From contig NC_090404.1 of assembly GCF_036365525.1 (NCBI RefSeq), positions 13,854,550 to 13,918,549 of the forward strand: DNA of 64,000 nt. The letters are read 5' to 3'. Below, in pieces: positions 1-12,659 of this stretch. Within the stretch, counting starts at the first letter, position 1. Every line of letters starts with the position of its first letter. Under the pieces are notes generated by a model, which saw only the letters and a list, made by a program, of their open reading frames with translations, was not told the DNA's origin and did not search any database. Origin of the DNA: Heterodontus francisci (lineage: Eukaryota). The position numbers and the translations under genes are program-made.

Positions 1-126
1 ACAGTTAGGGAAGGAAAGTACTTGGAGAAACATAGCTGTAATTGGTCCTGAAAGAACATATCTGAGCGACCAGCTATCCCAACCTTGAGAAACGCCCCTC
101 AGTTTCCCAAGTAAGTGAAGTCTGGC

Positions 127-140
127 CCAATCTGACGTCA
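127..140 (+). promoter_or_regulatory. TCR V promoter: CCAAT plus perfect CRE (TGACGTCA)
   Basis: CCAAT at 127-131 and TGACGTCA at 133-140, ~80 nt upstream of the leader ATG at 218. CRE-type elements are typical of TCR V promoters. Confidence 0.6.
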
Positions 141-217
141 TTCTTCAATATCAGATGAGAAGTGTTAACATAGTTAAAACATTCTGCTATTTTCTGTCGA
201 GCTCAAAACTAACCAGC

Positions 218-636
218 ATGTGCTCCCCATGTTTCTTACTGCTAATTGTGATCTTGCTACCTGGTGAGACGATGTTTAAGTGGTCAGTATGTCTTCCATG
301 GGCTATATTCATTCTTCCGACTGTGACACATGCTGTGTTTTGTCACAGGAAGGAGTGGCGATGATTCAGTGTCCCAGAACCCGCCTGAATTAACGGTTCA
401 GGAAGGACAGATGGTAATACTGAACTGTAGTTACACAACAGCGTATCCTGGTTTAACTCTCTTCTGGTACATACAGTATCCAGGGGAAGCTCCGAGGAGA
501 CATGGCAAGGGGCTAAATCTCCAAATTTCCCAGACCGGTTCGCTGCTGATTTGGGGCCAAGACAAGAAAACGATTCCGTCAAAAATACCGGCGTTCTTGT
601 CTCTGACTCTGCCGTGTATCACTGTGCGCTGAGTTC
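218..636 (+). pseudogene. TRAV/DV: TCR alpha/delta V segment pseudogene (V1; paralog of V6)
   Basis: Leader exon 218-263 (MCSPCFLLLIVILLPG, GT donor). V exon 349-636 reads DSVSQNPPELTVQEGQMVILNCSY...LFWYIQYPGEAP, then a deletion and frameshifts. The terminal DSAVYHCALS is in another frame. Confidence 0.9.
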
Positions 637-675
637 CACATTGTTACAGAAGTGCAGTCAATGCATACAAAAACC
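637..675 (+). other. 23-RSS of V1
   Basis: Heptamer CACATTG 637-643, 23-nt spacer, nonamer ACAAAAACC 667-675. Confidence 0.9.
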
Positions 676-1401
676 GACAATAGATTCTCATCTTTCACTG
701 AATCTGGATTGTCATCTGAGAATGGAACGCAACCTTAACTATATAAATAAACAAACAGATCAATAAATTGATCGATCGTTCATTAAACAGTTTAGAGAGA
801 CAGAAACATAAACGGACAGCTCCAGGCTCTCACTTTCTCCTTTGTTTGAAAGCATCCAGATCCTGCAGACAAACGCATGTGAATTCCGGCTGAGGAGTCT
901 GCGCGTTTAAAACGTGATTTGTTTCACAGCTGAGTAACGGGTTAGTTCTCGTTAGTTTGGGAGCAGAGTAATGTGACAGTTGTACATTGCAGCTTCAATC
1001 ATCACACCGAGTGCCCAACTGTAATATTACCATGAGGTAGATCGGATCACAAAGAATATATAACAGTTAACTCGGAATATAACCTTAAATGAAGCTGCGG
1101 ACCTAGAGCCTACGGAGCCGGGTTCAAACAAAGAAAGGTCATTCTAGGACTGGTATCAGGAAATTCTTCAGGCACGGAGCGATCAACGTGTGGAATCAGC
1201 TTCCAGATGGAACGGAGGAGGGTCAAACCTGGGAATAATTTCAGAAAATAATGGATGTTCCAATGGGGAATGTTGGGTGGTGGTGTTAGTTTCTCAATCC
1301 AGCGAACTCCGAAGAGCGACAACATTCCTTCTCTCCTGTGATCCTAACTGTGCGAAGACAGGAGTTGGCAATTGCCATTGGACATGCAGTCAGATGTATC
1401 G

Positions 1402-1415
1402 CCAGCAGAGGGCGC
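1402..1415 (+). promoter_or_regulatory. CTCF-binding motif
   Basis: CCAGCAGAGGGCGC matches the CTCF core consensus. Confidence 0.6.
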
Positions 1416-1732
1416 TGGATATGTCCTGATTTGGTCTCAGTGTGGAGGCAAGTAGCAGCCTCAGAACATCATTCAGAGATTTAACTGAACGGATTAATGA
1501 AACGGATTTTCCACAGAACCAATAATGTCAAATGGAAGTTGCCTTTTTCAATGTTCTTATGAAGTTTTAAAATATTATTAATGGAAATATCCTGCAAAAA
1601 TTTTAATAAGCAGCTGTTTGTTGCGCACAAACCGCCATTCTCCTCAAAGCTGTCAATCATGCCCTATTTCATTCAAGTAAAAGGCGGCGTCTGTCTCATT
1701 TACCTCCAGAACAGCCATAAACTCGTTATAAA

Positions 1733-1900
1733 CACCAGAAATGCTGGAAGTACTCAACAAGTCTGGTAGCATCTGTGGAGAGAGAAGCAGAGTTGCGTTA
1801 ACTCTGCTTCTCGCTCCACAGATGCTGCCAGACCTGATGAGTATTTCCAGCATTTCTTGTTTTTATTTCAGATTTCCAGCATCTGCAGTATTTTGATTTT
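1733..1900. repeat. Palindromic short repeat (likely Penelope-terminus-derived, common in sharks)
   Basis: ~60-bp inverted arms (AGAAATGCTGGA...GCAGAGTT / AACTCTGC...CCAGCATTTCT). Related single-arm copies occur at ~41326-41421 and ~55620-55760. The family assignment is from recall. Confidence 0.55.
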
Positions 1901-2117
1901 ATCATAAACCCGTTATATCGGCTGTGGCAAATTCTAATGGTCAGTGAGCAGCTCTTTTAATGGGAAGCTACGACACAGAGGCCAGGGCAACTGGAACTAT
2001 TTCCCCTCATGTCCCAGCCTCACAGACTGACCCTGTTAAAGGGCCAACATTGAGTTTCACCCCCGTCCAGTGCCCTGTTAGGAGGAGAACAATTTCATTC
2101 GGTTCCCTGCTCACTGC

Positions 2118-2270
2118 TCTGATGTCATCATTTGTGGCATAAAGGATCTGTGAGCTGATTGGATGAATTAGAGCACGAAGGCGCTGAGTACTGATTGGAT
2201 GAACTGGAGAACAAAGGATCTGTGACCTGGTTGGACGAATTACTGAACAAAGATTCCATAAACTGATTGG
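2118..2270 (+). promoter_or_regulatory. V2 promoter: CRE-like TGATGTCA plus four 36-bp-spaced inverted CCAAT (CTGATTGG) boxes
   Basis: TGATGTCA at 2120-2127. CTGATTGG at 2155, 2191 and 2263, and CTGGTTGG at 2227. Confidence 0.55.
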
Positions 2271-2407
2271 TTGTCGCCTGCTGACCCTACCAGAAATGCA
2301 CCTATCGGGATGAGGCCGGATATCGAACAACATCTTCTCAAGTCCTGACGAAAACAATTTCAGCTTCAGTCCGGTCAATTCGTATCAACCATCAACTCTC
2401 TGAAAGC

Positions 2408-3245
2408 ATGTTGGCTGTCACTTTATATTCATTCCTCGCAGCTACTGCTCTTTTAACTGGTAAGCTCATAATATACACAACGCTGCCTTTCACATTTTTA
2501 TGATGCATGTAATCGGTCAGTTCCCTGAATTCAAAGATAACAATAGATTGATCTGAAGTGAACAAAACTATCCGGATCCACCTTGACTCAACATTGAACA
2601 CTGTTTGAGGAAACTCGACAAGCTCCCCCAGTAAGAGAAGTTGGAGGCGGTGGAACTTAGATTACAGGTAGGTGACAGACCAGTTTCGCCCCACCAGGAC
2701 CAATGCCGGACATTGACAGATGTACGAGTCTTAAAACCACAGGCCATTTGCAGTTTTCTCTTTATTCAGTCCATCCGAGCACCTTCCTGCTGCAGCTCCG
2801 GACCTGTGGAGATCATATTTCTGCCTAACTGCCCTGATTTTACTTCTCGGATTAGTGTTGGGCGTAACGGTCTGATTCTGGGGGATAGACACAGTGAAGT
2901 GACATTGGTTAATTTAATATCACTCTGGGTTCTTGCAGGATATTGTCGAGGAGACTCCGTTTCACAGACACCGACTGTAATCGCAGTAAATGAAGGAGAC
3001 GATGTTGAGTTGCGCTGTAATTATACAGCTACAAGCACCGGCAATCCTGACCTATTCTGGTACCGTCAGTACACCAGTGGCTCCATGGAATATCTGCTGC
3101 GGAGAACCAAATACAGTGGGGACCGAGAAAGATTTCCAGGGGACCGTTTTTCAGCGGAACTCGATGATTCGAGCCGAACCGTCCCGCTGAAAGTGTCTAA
3201 AACGGAACTGACAGACTCGGCGGTGTATTACTGCGCACTGAGCCC
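2408..3245 (+). CDS. TRAV/DV: TCR alpha/delta V segment, apparently functional (V2)
   Basis: Leader exon 2408-2459 (MLAVTLYSFLAATALLTG), intron 2460-2938, V exon 2939-3245 in frame: DSVSQTPTVIAVNEGDDVELRCNY...LFWYRQ...DSAVYYCALS. The Ig-V Cys/Trp/Cys residues are intact. Confidence 0.93.
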
Positions 3246-3284
3246 CACAGAGACACAGAGCTGGGCTGAACCTGTACAAAAACT
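3246..3284 (+). other. 23-RSS of V2
   Basis: CACAGAG 3246-3252, 23-nt spacer, ACAAAAACT 3276-3284. Confidence 0.92.
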
Positions 3285-3650
3285 GAGAGAGTCCTCAATC
3301 TAAAAGTGAGTTACAGAAACATAGTGATCATGGGTGAGTCTGTGCATTTGTGACTAGACCTTGTACTGTTAATGCTAATATACAGCTATTCTCATTCCTG
3401 AAATTTTTTCCTTTTCAAGTAATGATCTAATTTCCTTTTAAAAGTTCCGATTAAATCTACCTCCACAACCCTTTCAGGCAGTGTATTATGGAGCATAGCA
3501 ACTCGCTGAATAAAGGCAAAATTCTCCTCCTCATTTAGTGAGCTCCTACTCATAAATGTTACCCTGCGTTTGTTATGTGAGCAATAATCCCACTCATGTT
3601 AGGATTTATTATTCACACGTTATCTAAATGTTTCTCCCTCTGTCCTTTAG

Positions 3651-3964
3651 AGAGCGGCCTCGCATGTATCACTCATCAGTCAAAAAACCATGTGATAGCT
3701 GAGGGATGAGAGATCACCATCAAGGCCAGCTCTAGTACCGCGAGGGTCTGTCTGTGGGTCCGGAGAGATCCTCATCCGCTGCACCGACGGATTCATTGAC
3801 AATGCGAACTTTGCAAGACCGCGCCTCACCACATCTTTGGCCAAAACTTACAGAACCGTCAGGTTAACGGTTTCACAGGTGACAGCTGCGGATTCCAGGA
3901 AATAGTGCTGCGTCTTATTACCGCACACCGGGGTGTATGTAGGGCAAGAGTCTATATATAAACT
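3651..3964 (+). pseudogene. Degenerate TCR V relic (not in the ORF track)
   Basis: Splice acceptor at 3650, then SGLACITHQSKNHVIAEG*EITIK, L*YREG (LxWYR) and NFARPRLTTSLAKTYRTVRLTVSQVTAADSRK*CCVL. Degenerate RSS CACACCG (3924-3930) ... ATATAAACT (3956-3964). Confidence 0.7.
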
Positions 3965-5644
3965 GAAGGTGTTTCGACACGAAGACTGTGTCAGTGAACT
4001 CCCAGTATCATTGCATTGCATGGCCCATAGTGCAAGGTCCCAATGGAGAACCGTGACAATACTTTCACCCAAATCTTTCCTCAATGTATCATGACCGGAC
4101 AGACAGAAAATTTTATAAAACATTGTGCACGCAAAGCATTTTGTTATTGTTGACCACAAATTGAAATAAACTCGAAAACACCTGGACACCCAAATACTCT
4201 TCCACAAGAGTCAGCGTCAAAGTCAGTGACAACATTTTCTGGCAGAGAATTCCACATTCACAAGCCTTACATTGTGAGTAATTTTACTCTATGTTAGAAG
4301 TGCATCTTTTGCCGTTTGAAATATCACCCTAAAGGCTTTCTTTATTGTACGCCTGTTTCCACAGGGACCAGTAGAGTTTTTCTCTGCTTTGTTTAAATCA
4401 GTCTTTTCCCGATGGTGTTGATTTGCGGTCACCAGCTCCTGTGATTTCCAGGATTCGGTCTCCAATCCCTTCAGTGATTCGCCGCTCACCAGAACACCCT
4501 CAGTCTTTCGGGACCCCGGCAGATCACGGCTGGAACGAGGTTGGGTTCAGATTAACTCAGTGGATGACTGGGCCATGGAGGGCTTCTGCTCCCACCATTC
4601 AAAGTGGCTGGGAAATGCCCCTATCTGTGGCATGGTCCGCGCTGCACTATGGGGCAACGGGCTGCACATGCGCATCTCACAAAACGCTTTACCACGACTT
4701 GATTCATTCCCCCTCCATGTGACGAACGGTCTGCCATGTTTGTGTGCCTCAAGGTTTGCGCATGTCATTTTTTCAGGAAAACCCCTCCAGTGAAAGGAAA
4801 AGTGATTTCAGTTTCCATCAGAATAATCGCTCCACCTTTAACGGTAAAAGTGAAAGTATAGAGATGTTCCCCAGGTCGGGAGGATCCGAAGAAAACTGAT
4901 GAGACAGTGAAGGAGGCCGAGCAATGTTCAGGGAAACAAAGAAGTGGAGGATGAGATCGATGATCCTTGTGGTGATATTCGGTGAGTTCAGGGAGATGGT
5001 ATCAGAGGGAATGGAACAGAGCACGGTGGAAGTTCATCAGGGAAACATGAATCATTGGGGCAGGGATAATGGATATAACAGAAAATGTGGAAAGGGCGAG
5101 TTTTTGCACAACGAAAAAATAGTGTGTGTAAGGAGATTTTGTGTGTATCATCGAAAATGTGTCAGGTGGGCCCGCATCTCATGATCATTCCAAAGGATTG
5201 TGTTCCCTGGTGTGTCAAGTAGACACTAGCCTCTCGGAAGCATTCTGAGCTTACGTACTCACTGTTGTGTCTGTATCATATGCCTAACTTTCCCTGGAAA
5301 AATTTTATGGGGCAATGTAGAGGGAGCTTTATTCTGTACCTAACCCTTTCAGCACCTCCCCTGGGAGTGTTTGATGGGACAAAGTAGAGGGAAATTTATT
5401 CTTCCATAAACGGTACCGTATCAGGCAGTAATGGAGCAGAGCCCTGCTATATAATGTAACCCTACATGTGACTGCGACAGACCATAACATGAGAGAAAGC
5501 AGCCAGGTGTTCCTGGTCGCTATGTTGTCATTCTGCCTCTGGGACTTCGAAAAGTATAGTGAACAGTGTCTACCCTGATGGGACACTGGGTGGCGCAGTG
5601 GTTCCTTAACCAAAGGGCCTGACATTCAAACGCAACCCAGACAG

Positions 5645-6105
5645 GAAGAAAAGAAAGACTGGCACTGATATAGCGCATTTCACGACCACCAGACGTCTCA
5701 AAGCACTTTGCAGCAATGAAGTACTTTTGAAGTGTAGTCACCATTGTAATGTAGTAAATGCTTCAGTCAAATTACACAGAACAGACCCCCACAAACAACA
5801 ATGTGGTGATGATAGGATAATTGTTTTTTGCAGTGTTGATTGAGGGATGAATATTGGCCAGGACACGGGGATAACTTCCCTGCTCTTCTTCTAAGTAGTG
5901 CCACGGTATATTTTGCATCCAACCAAGCAGGCAGATTGAGCCTTGGTTTAACATCTCATCTAAAAGACGGCATCTCCAACAGTTTCCTCGGTACTGAGCT
6001 GGACTGCCAGCCTTGATATTTGTGCTCAAACCCTGGAGTGTGAGGTGTACCCAAGACTTTGTGATTTAGGGGCAAGAGTGCTACCAATTGAGCCACAGCT
6101 GGGAC
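5645..6105 (-). mobile_element. Deu-domain SINE (SacSINE/AmnSINE-like)
   Basis: The minus strand carries a Deu-core-like GATGAGATGTTAAACCAAGG...GGCACTACTTAGAAGAAGAGCAGGGAAG...CCTGGCCAATATT and an L2-like 3' tail. Confidence 0.6.
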
Positions 6106-6539
6106 TGTGAGCAGGTTTGGTGAAAAATACCTGTCAGGAAAAGCGAAATAAAACCGAGGGATATGCAAAATGGAGCTGTGTGGAGAAGTATTGGATAGGA
6201 TAATTCTACAAAATGCAAGTTAGTCAATTTGACAATCAAGATTTATTAACAATTTCACAGAGAACATTTTACAAGGTTTTTAAAAGTTAACACAAGCAAC
6301 TAAGTGTCACGTTGAGAACAGAACTCCTGCAGTCTGAGCTGCCAGCTATCTAAATAAAATGTAAAAGACCAGAGAGAGAAAACAGAGGCTCCACATAAAA
6401 GTAAGGGAACAACTGTGAATAAGGAGTGAGGAAAGTTACTTATTTACATATGACATTCAAACAACGGCAAAAATGTCATTAACATTTACATTATAACCAC
6501 AATTATCTCACACATTTGAAACAGAAAAGCGAAGCACAA

Positions 6540-7490
6540 CAGACTTGTGAGAAAACTTGTAGTTCATGGAATAAAAGAGATGGTAGCAACATGGATACAA
6601 AATTGGCTGAGTGACAGGAAACAAAGAGTAGTGGTTAATGGATGTTTTTCAGGCTGGAGGAAGGTTTGTAGTGGAGCTCCCCAGGGATCAGTGTTGGGAC
6701 CCTTGCTTTTCCTGATATATATTACTGACCTCGACCTTGGTGTACAGGGCACAATTTCAAAGTTTGTAGATAATACGAAACTTGGAAGCATTGTGAACTG
6801 TGACCGAGGATGTTGCCTGGTATGGAGGGAAGGTCTTACGAGGAAAGGCTGAGGGACTTGAGGTTGTTTTCGTTAGAGAGAAGGAGGAGAAGAGGTGACT
6901 TAATAGAGACATATAAGATAATCAGAGGGTTGGACAGGGTGGATAGTGAGAGCCTTTTTCCTCGGATGGTGATGGCAAACACGAGGGGACATAGCTTTAA
7001 GTTGAGGGGTGATAGATATAGGACAGATGTCAGAGGTAGTTTCTTTACACAGAGAGTAGTAGGGGCGTGGAACGCCCTGCCTGCAACAGTAGTAGACTCG
7101 CCAACTTTAAGGGCATTTAAGTGGTCATTGGATAGACATATGGATGAAAATGGAATAGTGTAGGTCAGATGGTTTCACAGGTCGGCGCGACATCGAGGGC
7201 TGAAGGGCCTGTACTGCGCTGTAATGTTCTAATGTTCTAAAAAAACTGTTCCCACTCGTGAAAGCATCGAGAACGAGAGGGCACAGATTTAAAGTATTTG
7301 GTAAGAGAAGCAAAAGTGACATGAGGAAAAACTAGAGAATTGGGCAGTTATATGAAAAAGAAGAATGTGCAGGGTTTTTAGGGAGAAGGCAGGGGAATGG
7401 AACTGAGTGAATTGCTCTTTCAAAGAACTAATGTGGACACGATGGACTTCCTTCTGCGCTTTAACAATTATGTGATTCTATGATTCTGTG
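6540..7490 (+). mobile_element. CR1 LINE 3' fragments (one copy, ~6806-7240, nested in another)
   Basis: RT motifs GAPQGSVLGPLLF and KFVDNTK; C-terminal [27 protein letters not shown]; short tandem-repeat tails. Confidence 0.85.
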
Positions 7491-7639
7491 ATCATTTATG
7501 GTTTTCTCAGCTACAATTCGGAACTGTTGACTGAAAGCATTTTACTTTTAGAGTCACCAAAAGGATATATTTTATGTTAATAATACAGAGATGTTAATAA
7601 ACAAATGAGGAAAATCCATGGCGACTGAAATTCAACTCA

Positions 7640-7648
7640 TCACTTGAC
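7640..7648 (-). pseudogene. IGHM: IgM TM2 exon (VK-stop)
   Basis: The minus strand reads ttttacag|GTC AAG TGA, 150 nt downstream of TM1. Confidence 0.8.
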
Positions 7649-7798
7649 CTGTAAAAGACGAATGAAAGAATGAGGCTGAGATGTTGTGGTCTGGTGCTGT
7701 TATCACATGGTTGTTTTTTAAAAAATCTTTGAAACATTTAAGAGATTTGTCAAATCGCTTCAGTCAGATTGAAGTGTGAATTGATTGAATATTCTCAT

Positions 7799-7926
7799 CT
7801 TCACCAGAGTGACGGCAGCACTGTAGAAAATGCTGAGGAAGAACAGGATGATGAATGTGGAAGTGGTTGTCTGGATGTTCCTTTTGGCTTCCTCAGAGTC
7901 TTCAATCTAGATGTGGTCCGAGGAGT
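7799..7926 (-). pseudogene. IGHM: IgM TM1 exon, inactivated (not in the ORF track)
   Basis: SSDHI*IEDSEEAKRNIQTTTSTFIILFFLSIFYSAAVTLVK carries the conserved membrane-Ig TM motif. There is an in-frame TAG at 7907-7909, and the donor reads AT instead of GT. Confidence 0.92.
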
Positions 7927-8237
7927 CTATGGGATATAGAGGTGCAAATACATTTATATTGATTATTAATCCAAAATGTCTTATTTGTATTCCCTTTTCT
8001 CTTCTTTAAGGTATCATTTTGTTCTCTAATTTAATGTTCAGTGTATCTCCATTGTTAATTGAATCACTCTCAACAATCCATCTCAGTATTAACTCCACAG
8101 CTGTTCTTCTGTCGTGATCATCCTACAGGCTGTGTTGGAAAACAGGGCCTTTTTTTCTTTCATGGCAGACGCTAACTTATTTTGGATCAGTTTCGAATGA
8201 TCTATCAAACGGGAATATTATGATGAGATATCACACA

Positions 8238-9550
8238 AACATACGAAAACCTGACTTAGGAGCAGAAGTAGGCCATTTAGCCTCTCGACCCTGGACCGGC
8301 ATTTGATAAGACCATGGCTGATCTGATTGTGGCCTCAAATCTACTTTCCTGTTTACCCACGATATCCATTGACTCCCCTGTCAACGAAAAATCTATCGAA
8401 CTCAGCCTTGATATATTCAACCACCCTGCTCCACTGCTCTCTAGGGAAGAGAATTCCGCAGACAAACGACCCTCTGAGAGAAACGATTTCTCCCCAGCTC
8501 CGTTTTAAATGGGAGATCCCTTATTTTTAAACTATGTCCCCAAGTTCTAGTCTCTCCCGCAAGATGAAACATCCTCTCAGCATCCACCCTGTCTAGCCCC
8601 CTCAGGATCTTATATGTTTCAATAAGAACACCTCTAATTCTTCTAAACTCTAATGGATATAGTCCCAACCTGTCTAACCTTTCGTCTTAGATAATCACTT
8701 CATCCCTGGAATCAGTCGAGTGAACCTTCTCTAAACTGCTTCGAATGCAGTAAGGAGATCAAAACAGTACACAGTACTCCAGATGTGATCTCACCAGCAC
8801 CCTATGTAACTGAAGCAAAATGTCCTTACTTTTATACTCGAATTCCCCTTGCAATAAACGCAACATTTCATTTGCCTTCCTGATCACTTGCTGTGCCTGC
8901 ATTCGTGTACCAGGACACCCAAATCCCTCTGTACCACAGAGTTCTGCAATGTCTTGCCATTTAAATAATATATTGCTTTTCTATTCGTCTTGCCAAAGTG
9001 GGCAAGTTCACATTTTCCTGCATTATACTCCATTTGCCAAATTTGTTCACTCGCTCACTACATCTTGATCCCTTTGCAGACTTCTTATGTCTTCTTCACA
9101 ACTTACTTTACTGCCTATCGTTGTGTCATGGGAAAATTTAGCAGCCATATATTCTGTCCCTTCATCCAAATCATTGATAAAAGTTGTAAATAGTTGAGAC
9201 CCCAGCACTGAAACCTGTGGCACTCCACTGGTTACAGCTTGCCAGCCGGAAAATGACTCATTTATTGCTACACTCTGCTTCCGGTAAGCTAACCAATCTA
9301 CACGCTAATAGGTTACCTCCAACTCGATGATCCCTTATCTTGTGCATTAACCTATTGTGTGGCATCTTATTGAATGCATTTTGGAATTCCAAGTATTTTA
9401 CATTTAATGGTTCCCCTGTATCATCCCTACTACTTAGATCTGCAAAAATCTCTAATGAATTTGTCAAACAGGATTTTCATTTCTTAAAATCATGTTGACT
9501 TGTTCTAATCATACTATACTTCTCTAAATGCATTGCTAATACTTCCTTTC
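8238..9550 (-). mobile_element. CR1 LINE fragment
   Basis: Degenerate RT ORF pieces (LEFRRIRGVLIETYKILRGLDRVD; YLEFQNAFNKMPH). Confidence 0.8.
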
Positions 9551-9749
9551 TGCTTGTTTGTTAATTTGTGATGGAAATGCTTGGTACATCCTTAACTCAT
9601 ATCAGTTTCTAAGTGGGAACATTGGTCCCTAGTCTTTGTAGAACCAACATGCATTCGGGACAATTTTTGGAGATTGTTTCCATTGAAAAGGTAGATTTAA
9701 ATTCTGGTTTTGCCAATATCCGGACTTTTTGCTTGTTCTCTGTCGCATA

Positions 9750-10450
9750 TGCATAGGTCACTGAAAGTGGCAACGCAGGTGGATAAGGTAGTCAAGAAGG
9801 CATACAGCATGCTTGCCTTCATCGGTCGGGCCATAGAGTATAAAAATAGACAAGTCATGCTGCAGCTGTACAGAACTTTAGTTAGGCCACACTTAGAATA
9901 TTGCGTGCAATTCTGGTCGCCACACTACCAGAAGGATGTGGAGGCTTTGGAGAGGGTACAGAAGAGGTTTACCAGGATGTTGCCTGGTCTGGAGGGCATT
10001 AGCTTGAGGAGAGGTTGGATAAACTCGGATTGTTTTCACTGAAACGACGGAGGTGGAGGGGCGGCATGATAGAGGTTTACAAAGTTATAAGCGGCATGGA
10101 CAGAGTGGATAGTCAGAAGCTTTTTCCCAGGGTGGAAGAGTCAGTCACTAGGGGACATAGGTTTAAGGTGCGAGGGGCAAAGTTTAGAGGGGATGTGCGA
10201 GGAAAGTTCTTTACACAGAGGGTGGTGAGTGCCTGGAACTTGTTGCCGGAGGAGGTGGTGGAAGCAGGTACCATAGAGACGTTTAAGAGGCATCTTGAGA
10301 AATACATGAATAGGATGGGAATAGAGGGATACAGACCCCGGAAGTGCAGAAGGTTTTAGTTTAGGCAGGCATCAAGATCGGCGCAGGTTTGGAGGGCCGA
10401 ATGGCCTGTTCCTGTGCTGTATTGTTCTTTGTTCTTCGTTCTTTGTTTGT
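9750..10450 (+). mobile_element. CR1 LINE 3' end
   Basis: [19 protein letters not shown] motif and a GTTCTTT-repeat tail. Highly similar to the copy at ~41700-42355. Confidence 0.88.
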
Positions 10451-10534
10451 GTTTATGAATATCTCTTTCTGTGTATTACTCTTGTGTTCATCTTTCCAGG
10501 TGTGTTGAATATGTTTATGTATGTGTATACGTGT

Positions 10535-11960
10535 TGATTTTTGTTTTTATATATTAGTCATAGAGTCATTTATGGCACAGAAGGAGGGCAATCTGCCCAT
10601 CGAGTCCATGCCGGCTCTCTGCGGAGCAATCCAGTCAGTCTCACTCCCCTCCTCAATCCCAGTAGCCCTGCAAGTTTATTTTCTTCGAGTACCTATCCAA
10701 TTTCATATTGAAATCATTGGTTGTCTCCGCTTCCACCAACCTTGTGGGCAGCGAGTTCCCAGGTCTTAACCCTTCTCTGCATTAAAAGGTTCTTCCTCAT
10801 ATTCCCCCTGCATCTATTGCCCAAAACCTTCAATCTGTGTCCCCTAGACCTTGTTTCATTAGTTAATGAGAACAGTTTCTGCTTGTCTAACTTACCTAAC
10901 CCGTAATAATCGTGTACACCTATATCAAATCTCTCCTCAATCATCTTCACTCCAAAGAGAACAAATCCAGCGACTCCAAACTAACCATAGAACTAAAATC
11001 CCCCATGCCGGGAACCATTCTGGTAAATCTACTCTGCACCCTCTCAAGAACACTCACATCCTTCCTAAAGTGTGGTGACCAGAGTGAACGCAATAATTTA
11101 GTTGGGGGCCGAACCAGAACTTTATAAAGTTTCAGCATGACCTCGCTATGCCTCTATTCATGAACCCCAGGATACCATATGCGTTGCTAACCACTCTCTC
11201 AACATGTCCTACCACCTTCAAAAATCTATACACATGCACCCCCAAGGTCCCTCTGTTTCTGCATACTCTTTAGAACTGTGCCAGTAAGTCAATATTGCCT
11301 CATCCTATCCCTTTTGCTAAAATGCATCAATTCACACTTGTGTCTATTTAATACTATCTGCCACTTGTCTGCCCATTGTGCTAACCTATCAATGTCCTGT
11401 TGCAGGCAGTTCCTATCTTCCTCACTGTTTGCCACACCTCTAAGTTTGGTATCATCGGCAAATTTTGAAATTTTACTCTGTAATCCAAGATCCAAGTCAC
11501 CTATATGTAGCAAAGGAAAATCAGTGCTCCGAAACTGACCCTTGAGAAACACCACTGTCTACCATCTTTCATTTACGAACCATTCACCATGATTGGCGCA
11601 TTTATGTCCTTAAGCCATTTTTTATCCAATTAGACACTGATCTCCTATTCCATTAACCACAATTTTGTCAACGAGTCTTTTATGTGGTACTTTATCAAAC
11701 ACTTTCTTAAAATTTATAAAGACAAAATCCACCGGATTCCCTTCATCAACATTCTTTGTTACTTCATAAAAAGTTAAATTGTGTTAGTCAAGCGGAATAT
11801 TCCTTTTACAAATTCGTGCTCGCTGTCCTTAATTAACTCAAACCTCTCCAAGTGCATGCTTATTTTTTTTCCTGATTATTGTTTCTAAAACCTTACCCAT
11901 CACTGATGTTTAGCTAACTGGCCTTTAGTTGCTAGGACTTCCCTTACATCCTTTCTTGAA
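10535..11960 (-). mobile_element. CR1 LINE fragment
   Basis: ISKFADDTKL and LYKVLVRP motifs on the minus strand. Confidence 0.8.
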
Positions 11961-12520
11961 TGTGTCCCTGTGTGTTAACATGTGTTTATGTTTCCATGCG
12001 TGAATGTGCATTTGCCAAATGGGTGAGCGTATTAATGTGTGTTCTACCTCATGCGTGAGTGTGGTAATGTGTGTTTTGTATGCTGTTTTCTGTGTTTATG
12101 TGCTAATATTATTGTTACTTTGTGTCTATGTGTGCACAAAACATGTTGGTTTATTTATGTGTTCGTGTATCCATGTCTGTGGTGGTATGTTAATGTTGAT
12201 GCCTATTTGTGTGATAAATATGTTAGTGAGTATGTTTATCTTTGTGTTTGTGTGCCCTTGTGTGTGAGTCTGTTAATGTGCGTGTATGTGTGTCCATGTA
12301 CGCATGTCAATGTATATATTAGTATGTGATTTTTTGTATTGTTTGTGTTCTTCACATTATGCTAATGTGTTCGTTGATAGCTTCGTTTTTGATTCAGTGT
12401 CCATGTCTTAAGTGTGGGAGGGGAACAGTTTACATTAGCGTTTTTATCTGTTTGTATGTGAGTTGATGGGAATGTGTGGCTGGGTGTGTGTCTGTTTATG
12501 TATCAGTGTATATGTATTTT
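11960..12520. repeat. Degenerate TG-rich simple repeat
   Basis: TG/TATG-rich low-complexity tract. It produces spurious C/V-rich ORFs. Confidence 0.75.
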
Positions 12521-12659
12521 TATCACTGGTCAAATTTTCACATATTACCAACAACCAGGTCTAACACTGACGGTATGCATTATACAGCATATCTTTCACC
12601 GCTCTATGTATAAATATGTTATGTGTGAGATGTAATATGACACCAACTAAATGATTATA

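Noticed and set aside
2641-3303. ORF-track proteins of 220 aa (here) and 229 aa (31932-32621) as single-exon genes
   Set aside because: They read through introns and RSSs. The real structure is leader exon plus V exon.
4423-4722. Possible further V relic (acceptor at ~4452, CACTATG ... ACAAAACGC)
   Set aside because: No convincing Cys/Trp/YYC framework, and the spacer would be 27 nt.
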